Shown piece by piece: positions 52,440 through 64,000 of a stretch of DNA of 64,000 nt; positions within the stretch are counted from its first letter, which is position 1; each line of letters opens with the position of its first letter. The position numbers and the translations under genes are program-made. The stretch spans positions 48,670,001-48,734,000 of the forward strand of contig NC_043003.1 in NCBI RefSeq assembly GCF_006345805.1, written 5' to 3'. Under the pieces are notes generated by a model, which saw only the letters and a list, made by a program, of their open reading frames with translations, did no database searches and was not told the DNA's origin. This DNA is from Octopus sinensis. Lineage: Eukaryota.

Positions 52440-53797
52440 ACAAAAATCGAGCACGACGATGGGAACGAGGGTAACCCTTACTTTTACTAACTTTGTCATG
52501 GCATACTTGGAAGTCCAAATATACAAGCACGCTAGACTGAAATTTGGAGACAACTTCCAAAAATACTTACTCACCAACTGGAAACGCTACCTGGATGACT
52601 GTTTCGTTCTGTGGCCACATCACTTTGAGCAACTCTCATGTTGTTTTGCAAACAACTTGCACGTGCAAGTGCTACCAGTCGAGAACTCTGCATACCGAAT
52701 GCCAGCAAGTGTATGGGGTCATCAGGAGAGAATGCGCGCCGTTTCGGTGCTTACTTCTCGCCGGCATCAATGCACCCCGCTCCCCCCTCATTGATATGAG
52801 GCCCTGCTTGCTAGGTCAACTGCATTAACCACAGTATCCAATTCACAATGGAATACACCCACAAACAGCTACCCTTCCTGGACATTTTAATCATAAAGAG
52901 AGATACTGAAATTGAACTGACATCTTCAAACCAACCAACTCAACACAATATTTTCTATTCTCCTCCTGTCACCCAAATCATACTAAAATAAATATACCGT
53001 TCAACTTAGCAAGAAGAATTTGCATGATTGCAACAAATCCCGAAACCCGAGAAACGGGACTCCAAGAACTTAAAAACACATTACGAGATAGAAAATACCC
53101 GGTCATTCTAATCAAAAACGGAATAGAACGTGCAAAAATGATAGACATCCAAGAGTTACGGAAAACAAGAAAGCCCTATGACGCACTTAAAACTTTATCT
53201 AATGTATCAACACACAATCTGAGGAACATGGAAGCATACAACGTCATCCAACAAAACATACCCCACCTTATGAATGACCTGCGAATGAAAAAGCACTGGA
53301 AACACATAGGATTATTAAAAGCAAGAGACAACCGCAATCTCTAGAAAAGTTACTCACCAGCGCCAAATTACGCACCTAAAATACAACCCCACTAGTCAAA
53401 AAGTGCAACCACTTAACTACGGGACTTGCATCTTCCTCTTAGAGGCCTCAACATACAAATTTAAGTCAGGTCAAACTTTTACCATAAAAAAAATCACTTC
53501 ACCTATGTATCGAAGAACTTAATCTATGTTTTCAAATGCGGAGGGTGTGATGGAGATCACATAGGTCAAACTAGTTTGACCTTCAGGGACAAACTGACGG
53601 TACAAAGCAACCAATCCGGGACCCCACGACCAGGAAAATTCCCGTAAACAAACACGTAGACTAATGCCCGTGAACATAAACCCGAAATAGCAACTCTTCC
53701 CTCTCTATCAATGCACCGGAAACACTTCAACCCAATTCCGTTTGAATATGGAAAGCTTGCTCATTAAAAATATAAACCACAGCTGAATACCCTTTAG
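52440..53797 (+). mobile_element. Penelope-like retroelement 3' part: RT + GIY-YIG endonuclease, degenerate
   Basis: TMGTRV..FTNFVMAYLE; WKRYLDDCFVLW; IQFTMEY..LPFLDILI; SCHPNHTKINIPFNLARRI; NLIYVFKCGGCDGDHIGQT; ..LLIK..KPQLNT; about 165-bp insertion near 52662-52828. Confidence 0.9.
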
Positions 53798-55900
53798 AAA
53801 GAAGAAAAAACAATAAAAAGAAGGAAAAAGACCCAATTTCTCCACACACACAAAAAAACAACCAGATACAACAGTTATAAATAAAAAAACTTTAGTAACA
53901 GTCTTCCACGCGGGTTTCGAAACCGCAACTCCAAATCAGCATACAATAACACCGTGCAAACATCAGTTGCTGACGCTACCTAACTCTAGACCAATGAAAT
54001 TTTACTTCCGATCAAAACCAAACTTCAGTAAATACAACAAAATGACCGATTAAGAGAATCAACCAACTGGAACGGCTGATGATCGTTCCCCACAAGGAAA
54101 TCAACCAGGCAGAACGACAAACTTGACCACCAGAAAAATAAGACGTTATCAGTACTTTAACGAATCAAAAATCAAATCCGTTCACGAAAAAAAAATTATA
54201 ATACACTGGGTTCCAGAAAACGCCGTTACAAGCAAAGATCCCTGCACGCGAAGGAAAAAGAATCACAGAAACTGTAGCAAAACCCTTTTTTTACTTTCTT
54301 TATTTCTTCCTTGTTTTTCTCCCTCTTAACTCAATATGTCCGAACCTTTGGTGATCCACATTTCTAATTGATCACTTCTAACACTATTGAATTTTGTGCA
54401 TTTAAACAAGATGATCCGCATTTTCTATGTCATTGAATGTTGTGAACATTAAAATCATATTTGATATTGTTGAATCTTGTAAACATTGAATCTTTTAAAC
54501 ATGTTTTTCTACTTCACAATTAAAAATTTTTTTTACCATTAATAAACAAAAGATATTGTTGAAACACACACACACAAATACACGCACACACACACACAAC
54601 ACACACACATGAATGCATAAATGTACATATAAACTTATATATGAATACATACATCCACATGCACTTTTATATTAATGATGTACACAAATACATGACAGGT
54701 ATACATAATACTGAAAGACGCATAAAGTAAACACATGCAGACAAATATGTTAATATAACAATTTTTTTTAAATAATATAAACGTACAAAACACTATAGAA
54801 CTCAATGAAGAGACAAAAGAAACACTAAGATGATACATGTAGGCTTTATTAGGTAACAGGTCATTTCACAGACGCTAAACTATAAATTTCACAGGGTACA
54901 ACCTTAAAGTTGATATAGCTACAACGCAGAAAATTTCTGTCTCATTATTAGTTAAAAATACAGTTTTTTCGATTTTTAAACCGATGTAACTTTTCCCTCA
55001 AATTTTTTCTCCACAAGATCATGGGTCCACATCAACAAGAGTGGAAATCTGCATCAATATAACCGACTTTCAGATTTTTTAAAAAATGCAAATTCTTATT
55101 TCTTTATTGCCCATAGAGAGGACAAACAAGGACAGACACACGGATTTAGTCGATTACATCGACTCCAGTGCGTAACTGGTACTTATTTAATCAACTCCGA
55201 AAGGATGAAAAGCAAAGTCGACCTCGGCGGAATTTGAACTCAGAACGTAACGGCAGACGAAATACCACTAGGCGTTTCGTCCAGCTTGCTAACGATTCTG
55301 CCAGCTCGCCGCAAGATCCCTAAATTCTTTTTCTCATGATTTGAGTAACGCTGAGCTCCCCTGGGATTTCCACGCGAGAACTCTTACTTGAGTATCGCAT
55401 TAGCATGAAACTCGAGTAGCGAGGACAACTATACAAATAAAATAAATAATAAACTGAACCCCATGTATTGAGTGCTTTCTTCCTCTATCGTCAACAAGCT
55501 ATGACATTTAAGTGTGTACACACAAACTCGCACACACACACACATCATATACATCACACACACAAATGACCTCTCTCCAAATATGCTAATCAGTGACCAC
55601 TCACCCTACACATGTCCCTCCCCAAAATATACCACTCTAAACAGTCCAAAAGTGTCCCCCACCCCAAGTATACTAATTCTGTCCACCGCAACCGTGTGTC
55701 TCCTCTCCAAACGTACTACTCAGATCTTTTTTCTTCCGTTTCCTTCTACTTAACAGCTGCGTAGTTACCATTCATTCATCAGCAGACGTCGTTGTCATCA
55801 TCATCATCATCATCATCATCAGTGTCGTCGACGATGTCCTCCTTGTCATCGTCGATGACGTCTTTCTCGTCGCAGTTGATCCTGGACACATTAATTAGTG

Positions 55901-55942
<42 letters not shown>

Positions 55943-56373
55943 ATGGTGGTGGTGGTGGTGTTCGTCGTCGTCGTCGTCGTTGTGGTGAGGGCAACACCAG
56001 CAGCAGTAGCAGTAGCAATAGTGGTAGTAATTGTGTTTGTGGTGTTTGATTTCATGGCCTGTGGAAGGATATTTTGAAAAAGAAACGACAAAATTTTATA
56101 TACAAATGCAGATACACAAACATGGCTGTGAGGTTAAGGAGCTCGCTTTGTAACCACACAATTTCGGGTTCGGTCCCATTGTGTGACCACCAGTCACTGA
56201 TCTTGCAACAAGCAAAGCAGCTACTTAGAAAGTAGTAACTATACTCTCTTTTATTTGTTGCAGTCATTTGATTGTGGCCATGCTGGAGCACCGCCTCTAG
56301 TCGAGCAAATCGATCCCAGGACTTATTCATTGTAAGCCTAGTACTTATTCTATCGTTCTATTTTGCCGTATAG

Positions 56374-56412
<39 letters not shown>

Positions 56413-56493
56413 GTCTGTCTGTCTAACTGTCTGTCTGTCTATTTATTTATCTATCTATCTATCTATCTATCTATATACATGCATGTACATATA

Positions 56494-59400
56494 TCTCTCT
56501 CTATATAAACGGCAGTTTGTCTGTCTGTGTGTCTGTGTGTTTGTCAGGTTGTACCCTCACCCTGACCACGGCTTTCGACCAATTCTGATGAAACTTGACA
56601 CACACATAGCCCAATGTCATAATTCAAAACTAACGCTGCGAAAATTTTAAAAAGTTCCCCCGGTTCTGAAAAAAGTCGATAAATTCGGCATGGGTTCGAG
56701 AATCTAAGCTTTTTATATGCAACACATTTTCTGTTGTAGTTTTCGCAACTTGCAATCGATTTTCACCAAACTCATGGTGAAGCTTAATGTTACCCTAAAA
56801 AACTGAATTCTGACATTAGTTTTCCATGCAATACCTTACCATCAGAAAAAATCGATAAAATCATGCCATTTTGGGAAATCGCGTTCAAATTCAAGATGAC
56901 ATATTTTCGACAATATCTTTCACAAATTGGCAGGAATTTTTTTAAAATTCACAGCGAGCATCATGTCTGCTCCAAGGAGCTATATGGCCCTTTTTATTCC
57001 AATAGGATACATTATTGGAAAAAAATCGGTTAATTAAATTATATGTGGCACACATAGCAAACCGATTTGTGTATTAAACACAAGCCAGACTGTCTAGGGG
57101 ACGCAACTCGACCTTTTTAGCTATCGATAATTCAAACCAACCAATTCCTACCAGGAAGAACTTACCTTCGAGACTTTACCCCCCAACACAGCCACTTCAA
57201 GCAGTCAGCGAGACAAAACATGACCAGACAACATAACCATGGCATACTTCTGCTAAAAGATGCTGCAGCTGCAAGTTATTCGAATACTTTTTTTGTTTAA
57301 ACTTTCTTTATAACTACCACCCCAAACGTTTTACCTTAAAATTTTGACGTACCCTAAGGGTCCTCGGACGCTACTTACAAACTCTTGGTTTATTATAAGC
57401 CGCTTTTGTCGTGTGCACCAAAAAACCTTTTCCATTCGTTTGTTCAGTTTGGTCACTTTTCGCTTTTTCGTTGTCACTCACATTGCTGCCCGCTTTTTTG
57501 CGGTTTTTTTTACATTTTTATACATTTTGGGATACTTACCCCACGTGTTCCTTTTTATTACACCTTTGCCAAACACATTGCTATCCACCAAAATACTTAC
57601 CCCACGTGTTCCTTTTTATTACACCTTTGCCAAACACATTGCTATCCCCCAAAATGCCACCCAAGAAGAGAAGGACCCTCCTCAGCCCTCGGACGGCCAA
57701 GGCATCGGCTGCTAGGGCTAGAAGAGCCCGCGAGACCCCTGAGGAAACCGCCTTGCGCCTCTCGCAAAAAGCTTTCCGTTCTGCCGCTGCTCAGGCATCT
57801 GAAACTACTAGCGACCGTTCTACCTGACTTGCAAGGGCCGCAGCGTACAGATCTTCCTTCCGCTCGGGGTTGACGAAAGAGCAACAGTCCAGCCAAAACA
57901 TGCGGGCTTCTTCCTGTGCTTCCATCCGCAGAGCTCGCGAGAACTCCGAACAAAGGGCCATTCGGAATGCGGCTAACGCCGCTAGCACCGCCAGAACACG
58001 ATCTGTCGAAACCTCACAGCAGAGGAGAACTCGCCAAGCTGCTGACGCCGCAAACACAGCCATGGCCTGATCTGCCGAAACTCCTCAACAGAAGAGAGCT
58101 CGCCAAGCTGCTGACGCTGCAAACACAGCCATGGCTCGATCTGCCGAAACTCCAGACCAACGAACTATTCGGACATCCAGAGATGCCGTTAACACTGCTT
58201 CTGCTAGGGTGCTAAGGCGAGAGCTGAAAGGCTGTCAAGGGATGCCACTGCTACCGCTGTCGCATGCGCATCTCAATCTGCTGAGGCACAGCGCACTCGA
58301 CTTGAGAGTATCAACCAACGTCGGGATATCATTCGTGGTGTGCGTACCCCTGCCCCCGCTTTCTGATCGTCACTAACATTCAACTACGACGCCGCAATTA
58401 ACTTCTCCTTGCGTGACGACATCAAGATAGGGTCAATAACAATTGTATGCCAGTTTTGCAAAGCCAAGAAATGGCCCGGAGAGTCACCTGGTTTGTGCTG
58501 CTCTGGTGGCAAAGTGGACCTGCCACCCCTACGGGAACCACCTCAACCATTGAAGGATCTCGCGGCGGGTTTAACCCCCGAATCGTCACAATTCCTTGAA
58601 ATCATTCGAAAGTACAACTGCTCATTCCAAATGACCTCTTTCGGGGCCAAAATTCCTCCTAGAGAAGGCTAGATGCCTACTTTCAAAGTGTAGGGACAGG
58701 TCTACCATCTTATTGGGTCACTTCTGCCAGACGAGATTCAGCAGTCTTCTTTCCTCCAAATCTACTTCATTGCCGACTACAACCAGCAGGTTGATGCACG
58801 CCTTGGAATAATACCGGGTACATGCTATGTTCCCCGCAGAGACGTTCTTCTCCGTCTCCAAACCATGCTTCATGATATCAACAGCTACGTCCGCTGCTTC
58901 AGGTATGCCTTGGACAGTGCTCCGTCTCCAGACTTCACCGTTGTCATTGATGCTGATAAACGACCCCACGGGGAGCACGAACGCCGTTTCAACGCACCTG
59001 CGTACAACGAAATTGCCGCAGTCATACACGGAGAGCAATACAACAGCCTTGACATAATCATCTCCTCCCGTGGTAACAGCCTACGCAGGATCAGCAAGAC
59101 TCACAGATCTTATGACGCGCTTCAGTATCCATTGCTTTTCCCTTATGGAGAAGACTGCTACCACTTCGGAGTTCCTTTACGGCAGCCCTCTAATCAAACT
59201 GCTGCGGCATCAAAGACGGTTTCCTGCAGGGCGTTCTACTCATACCGGTTCATGGTCAGGGAGGGTGAGTTCAACTTATTGCCCCGTTGTCGTCAGCTAT
59301 TCAACCAGTTCGCCGTCGACATGGCCGCCAAAATGGAATCGGAAAGGCTGCTATACATTAAACTTAATCAGACCAAACTTAAGAGCCGGTATATGCAACC

Positions 59401-59684
59401 TTATCACCTCTGCCGGTCAAACTCCCAACCCATGCGTTCCCGTTGCGAAACTGATCCCGCAGAACTGGGTTGGGTGTGCTAAACAAAACCAGAAAATGCA
59501 CTTTGACTGTCATAGATTCCCTTCGTGCATGCAAGGGAACGGTGCCTTGAATGCCTTAATGCCTTTTAGGCTTCATTTTACAAAATAACGGTTCAATGAG
59601 TACAAAAAAGGGTAAAAAGGTAAAGGGCATTGCTTATCGACAAAGTTTCTTTCATACCCGGGCAACGCCGGGCTATGCTGCTAG
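56494..59684 (+). mobile_element. 3.2-kb internally deleted Helitron
   Basis: A|TCTCTCTCTATATAAACGGC start; CCCGGGCAACGCCGGG hairpin + CTATGCTGCTAG|T end; contains RepHel N-terminal remnant. Confidence 0.9.
57654..59385 (+). pseudogene. Helitron RepHel transposase N-terminal region (Helitron_like_N type), stops and frameshifts
   Basis: MPPKKRR start, 20-aa ET.QQRR.RQAADAANTAMARSA repeats, CQFCKAKKWPGE..CCSGGKV, FLEIIRKYNCSFQMTSFG, GQVYHLIGSLLP, ERRFNAP..NEIAAVI, HRSYDALQYPLLFPYGE, QFAVDMAAKMESERLLYI; HUH and helicase motifs absent. Confidence 0.93.
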
Positions 59685-59794
59685 TATTTATATAAGCATA
59701 TAAATGCGCGTGTGTGTGTATATATATATATAACTTACTTGGAAAAGGATGCGTGGTGATCGATCATATAATAATATAAATAATATATGAATAT

Positions 59795-60775
59795 ATGCAT
59801 ATATACATACATATATGCACATACCTACATCTATATGTATATATACATGCATATGTGGGTACAGGACATCAAAAAACGTTGAACACAATGAGAAACGAAA
59901 ACATAAAAACAAAAACATGGGAACGAACTTTTTTTCAAACAGCGAAAAAACAGAGTACAAGTCATACAACACAAGGAATATTCCCCTTCTTCAGTTGTCC
60001 CTGTTTCGTTTACTTCGCGTGGTAACAAGAACAGGATAGTAAGAACAAAACAGGACAGTAAAAACTGTAAAAGACATGACAAAGAGAATAATACATTAAA
60101 AACAAACGATGCGGGCTGTAAAACCAAGACGATGGAAACATTATTGTGGACACATTAAGGAGACAGCTTATGAAAGGGACAGGATAAGCTGTCTTGTCTC
60201 GGGGAAGATAGCAGTTGGAAAGATGGCTTCCCTCTCGTCACGTGTCAGTGACGAGAGAGTCGAGGAGCAGGAGGAGGAGAAGGAGGAGGAGTAAGAGAGA
60301 GGGAACGGTGAAGGGGAGAGGAGAAGAATAGGGAAGGGTGGGAGGAGAAAACCGGAAAGAATGAAGAACAAGAGTCCCGTCTTTTACTGTTTTTACTTGT
60401 ATTGTTTTTACTGCTTTGTTTTGTTCTTACTGTCCTGTTCTTGTTACCACTTTTACCCCCTCCGCAAAAAATCCCAAATTTTATTTAATTTGCTTTGCGG
60501 GAAGGACTGTTTTAACGAAGTCGCGTATTGTCCTCGCCTTCGAAACCGAAGAGTAGACGAAACAGGGACAACTGAAGAAGGGGAATATTCCTTGTGTCGT
60601 ATGTCTTGTACTCTGTTTTTTCGTTGTTTGAAAAAAAGTTCGTTTCCATGTTTTTCTTTTTATGTTTTCATATTGTGTTCAACGTTTTTTTGATGGCCTA
60701 TACCCATATATGCATGTATATATACATATAGATGTATGTATGTACATATATGTATGTATATATGCATATATATAT
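59795..60775. repeat. About 1-kb imperfect palindrome (two inverted copies of a repeat around a spacer)
   Basis: 59795-60010 mirrors 60555-60775 (incl. GGGACAACTGAAGAAGGGGAATATTCC), 60027-60080 mirrors 60375-60450. Confidence 0.8.
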
Positions 60776-60778
60776 ATC

Positions 60779-60826
<48 letters not shown>

Positions 60827-61112
60827 TCTTTTATTTGTTTCAGTCATTTGACTGCGGTCATGCTGGAGCACCGCCTTTAGTCGAGCAAATCGACCCCAGG
60901 ACTTATTCTTTATAAGCCTAGTACTTGTTAGATGAAGGCTACCGGGCTGAAACTTCGATGTCACTGTCCACTCCTTGTAAAAGTATGATAGATTTGAACT
61001 CCACAAAAAATATTGAGTTATTCTTCAGTTTTATGTTAAATTGTTTTTTATTATAACTTGACATAAAAGCAAACATTAATGTGTGTGTGTGTGTGTGTCC
61101 ATGTGTGTGTGC

Positions 61113-61164
<52 letters not shown>

Positions 61165-61438
61165 AATCGTTCTCTTCACTCTCTTTTGCAGGAAGTTATT
61201 CATCAGGATTTCTCTCCTTTGAAATCTCAAATTGGAATAATCGCGTTTTTTATATTTACTAATCCTCACAATATTTTGCTGGGGTGGGTGGTGTTAGCAT
61301 TTGTTCCACTTTCCGCCTTTACCGTTTCATCTTCACAGAGACACGGCAACACTTGTTACACACTATGCGAATTTCCGTTTCTATCTACTTCCTTTTAAAT
61401 TTCTTTTCTCTCACCCTATACTCACACACACACATACA

Positions 61439-61488
<50 letters not shown>

Positions 61489-61493
61489 CACAT

Positions 61494-61582
<89 letters not shown>

Positions 61583-63484
61583 TGCGCGGGTCATTCTCAC
61601 CCGTCGTTCGAAATTTTACAAACGAACTCCATTGTATCAGAGGATGAAAGGCTAAGTTGATACCGGCGGAATTTGAACTCAGAATGTAATGAGTCAAACG
61701 TAAAGCCACAAAGCATTTTTTCTGGCATGGTAACGATTCTGCCAATAATAATCCTTTCTGCTATAGGCACAAAGCCCGAAATTTGAGCGGGGGAGGAGTA
61801 GTGGATTTTTACAGACCCCAGCACGGGACTAATGATTATTTTATCGATCCCGAAAGGATGAGAGGTAAAGTCGACCTCAGATGAATTTGAACTCGGAACG
61901 TAAAGATGGACGAAATTCCGCTAAGCATTTTGTCCGGCGCGTTAACGGTTCTGCCAGATCGTTGCTTTAACAGCAACTATACTAATAATTCTATATTAGT
62001 GGATTCAAACTATATTAATGGTTTCAAATTTTGCCACAAGGGCAGCAATTTGGAGAGAGGGGTAAGTCACTTACATCGACCCCACTGCTCAATTGGTACT
62101 TATTTTATCGACCCTCGAAAGGATGGAAGATAAAGTCGCCCTCGGCGGAATTTGAGCTCAGAACGTAAAGATGGCCGAAATTCTGCTAAGCATTTTGCCC
62201 GGTGTGCTAACGTTTCTGCCAGCTCGCTGCCTTAACAGCAACTATACTAATAATTCTTTCTACTGGAAGCACAAGACATCAAATTTGGGGGAAGGGATTA
62301 AGCTTTCAATCCTCGCCTTATAAGATTTCTTACATTGACGCACAGCAGCAGACTCAAAAGGAAGGAATATTATATAATATTCCTTCTCTTTTACTATAAT
62401 TTCTTTCATGTCTTTATAGGAATGCTAAATCGACCCGAATACTTGATTGGTTCTTTATTTTATCGACCCCGGAAATTTCAAAGGCAAAGTTGACCTCTTT
62501 GGGAATGAAACCGTGTATGGAAATGGCTGTAGTTAAATACCACAGATATTTTGTCCGATGCTTTAATGATCCTGCCAATGCACCGATTGAGTTGACACCA
62601 TCAATAATTGAACTCGAAAAGTAACAGAAAGGTTCTAATACTGGAAAGAATTTGACCACTCTAAGAATGACGAAAATGAGATTGGATTTCAGTCTCAAGT
62701 TTATGTGATGTCAAACAACCGCGACTAGAAATTAACTAAGATTTCAGTATGAGTAGTACGTTAATCCATAGCTCAGTTAACTTCCTCATCGTCTTGTTTA
62801 ATTCCACATTCTGACATTGGCACAAAATGATAATTTTTTAGAATAAGGTATAGTCGATTTAATCGCTGTAAGTACATGACTGGTACTTTATCAATCCCAG
62901 GAAAAAAAAAAGCAAATTAATCTCGGTGGCATTTGAACTCAAGGATATTAATACCAGAAACTAATACCAAATGATTCTAATTATCTACAGGTCCGTTTTA
63001 TATTATCGATAGCTAGTTGTCGAGGAATTGGCGGAATCTTCAAAACATCGGACAAAATAGCATGCTGCAGTTGATTACATCGCTGTGCATCGTTCCGAGT
63101 GCTATAAAATATAATACCAGACTTGTACTAGGGCATATTTAATCAACTGTACCTACTCCGCAAGACCTTAGGCCTTGTATTTCTTCTAGAAATCTATATT
63201 ATATTATCGACATCTAGATAATTTGATTTTATCAAAATGGATACTGCATAGTCTTTAATTTGACCTACAAATCTTTACGAGCATGAACAGATTTAAGAAA
63301 ACTCTATGAGCCGTTTAACAATTTTAATACATCTCAGAGATTGGAAAACATCAAAGAAACGCACGAGCCTAGGATCAGACTAAGTTGTGTGTTTTAATTA
63401 AAACTTCTGAAGACATTCTAGTTGCTATGTTTATTTCCCATCCAAGTGTTGTAATTATACTTTATTCTGCCGTTTACAACCAAT

Positions 63485-63497
63485 TGACGTCACTTCC
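63485..63497 (-). promoter_or_regulatory. ETS-CRE composite motif in unique DNA
   Basis: Plus TGACGTCACTTCC = minus GGAAGTGACGTCA, a full CRE palindrome overlapping an ETS core. Confidence 0.4.
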
Positions 63498-64000
63498 TCA
63501 TCCGCTTTGCCAAGACTGCGTACATTCTCCTGTTTGAAGTTATCAATGAAGCAGTAATTTTCTAAATTGATCTATGTTGGATATTATTGTATGTAAACAC
63601 TACAAAAACTGTTTGTATTTATTTTTTGCTGTGTTTTTTTTTTATATAATTATTTCCAAAATAAGAGAACTCCCGTTAGTAAGGCGGCTTTTTGACAAGT
63701 TTTCTATTGAAAGCATGAACAACTAGCGTTATGCATGGTGCTATAAACACCTTTGTTGAAACTTCAGCTACACAAATCGATAGAAAGTTTACTTGCTTAA
63801 GGAAGGTATCCTGTAATGGATTAAGTCTACAGCTGTAAAACAGCGTTACCATTTATGTCATTGCAATTGCAGCAGCTGTTTAGCCCCGGGTCAACCTTGT
63901 TCATGTTCCTCAAACCAATAGGTATATATTCATATGTTTGTGTGTTTATTCGAGCCATTCTCTGAAGGAAGGAGCTGCTTTCTAACAAAGACACAAACGC

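Noticed and set aside
55779-56091. ORFs with poly-S/G/R/D/L tracts
   Set aside because: Juxtaposed trinucleotide repeats (CAT, GTA, GGT, CGT, GCA); no splice or domain evidence.
60525-60600. CCGAAGA..GAAAC and CTGAAGA in the 60-kb palindrome as a hammerhead
   Set aside because: Helix II only 2 bp or no GAAA after the stem; no consistent helix I/NUH.
62361-62386. 26-nt perfect palindrome GAAGGAATATTATATAATATTCCTTC
   Set aside because: Short, AT-centred and without context; likely slippage-derived.

Overview
AT-rich, microsatellite-dense eukaryotic DNA with a 100-N scaffold gap at 13434-13533. The SINE families and (TA)/(TATC)/(TATG)/(CA)/(AAT) repeats point to an octopus (coleoid cephalopod); this is inference, not a database hit. 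I found no intact host protein-coding gene; most listed ORFs are translated microsatellites. The window is a transposon graveyard: a 5'-truncated L1/Tx1-clade LINE (CCHC ORF1, APE-RT-zinc finger ORF2, 40.9-45.8 kb), two R4/Dong-like LINE pieces, RTE and CR1-like scraps, a Penelope-like element (RT + GIY-YIG), a Gypsy integrase scrap, Tc1/mariner remnants and MITEs, a 3.2-kb internally deleted Helitron with at least six non-autonomous relatives, and many tRNA-derived SINEs. The main unexplained signal is about ten dispersed minimal type-I hammerhead-ribozyme-like motifs in different small repeats, several inside long palindromes. All have a palindromic, loopless or near-loopless helix III. They include recurrent U4C cores and one apparent G3:C8 compensatory swap of the conserved C3:G8 core pair. 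Other leads: a Tx1 LINE with (TATC)n on both sides whose 3' end matches the tail of the commonest SINE, Helitrons that swap termini and share an insertion site, and two ETS-CRE promoter-like motifs in unique DNA. All folds and alignments were done by eye and need computational confirmation.
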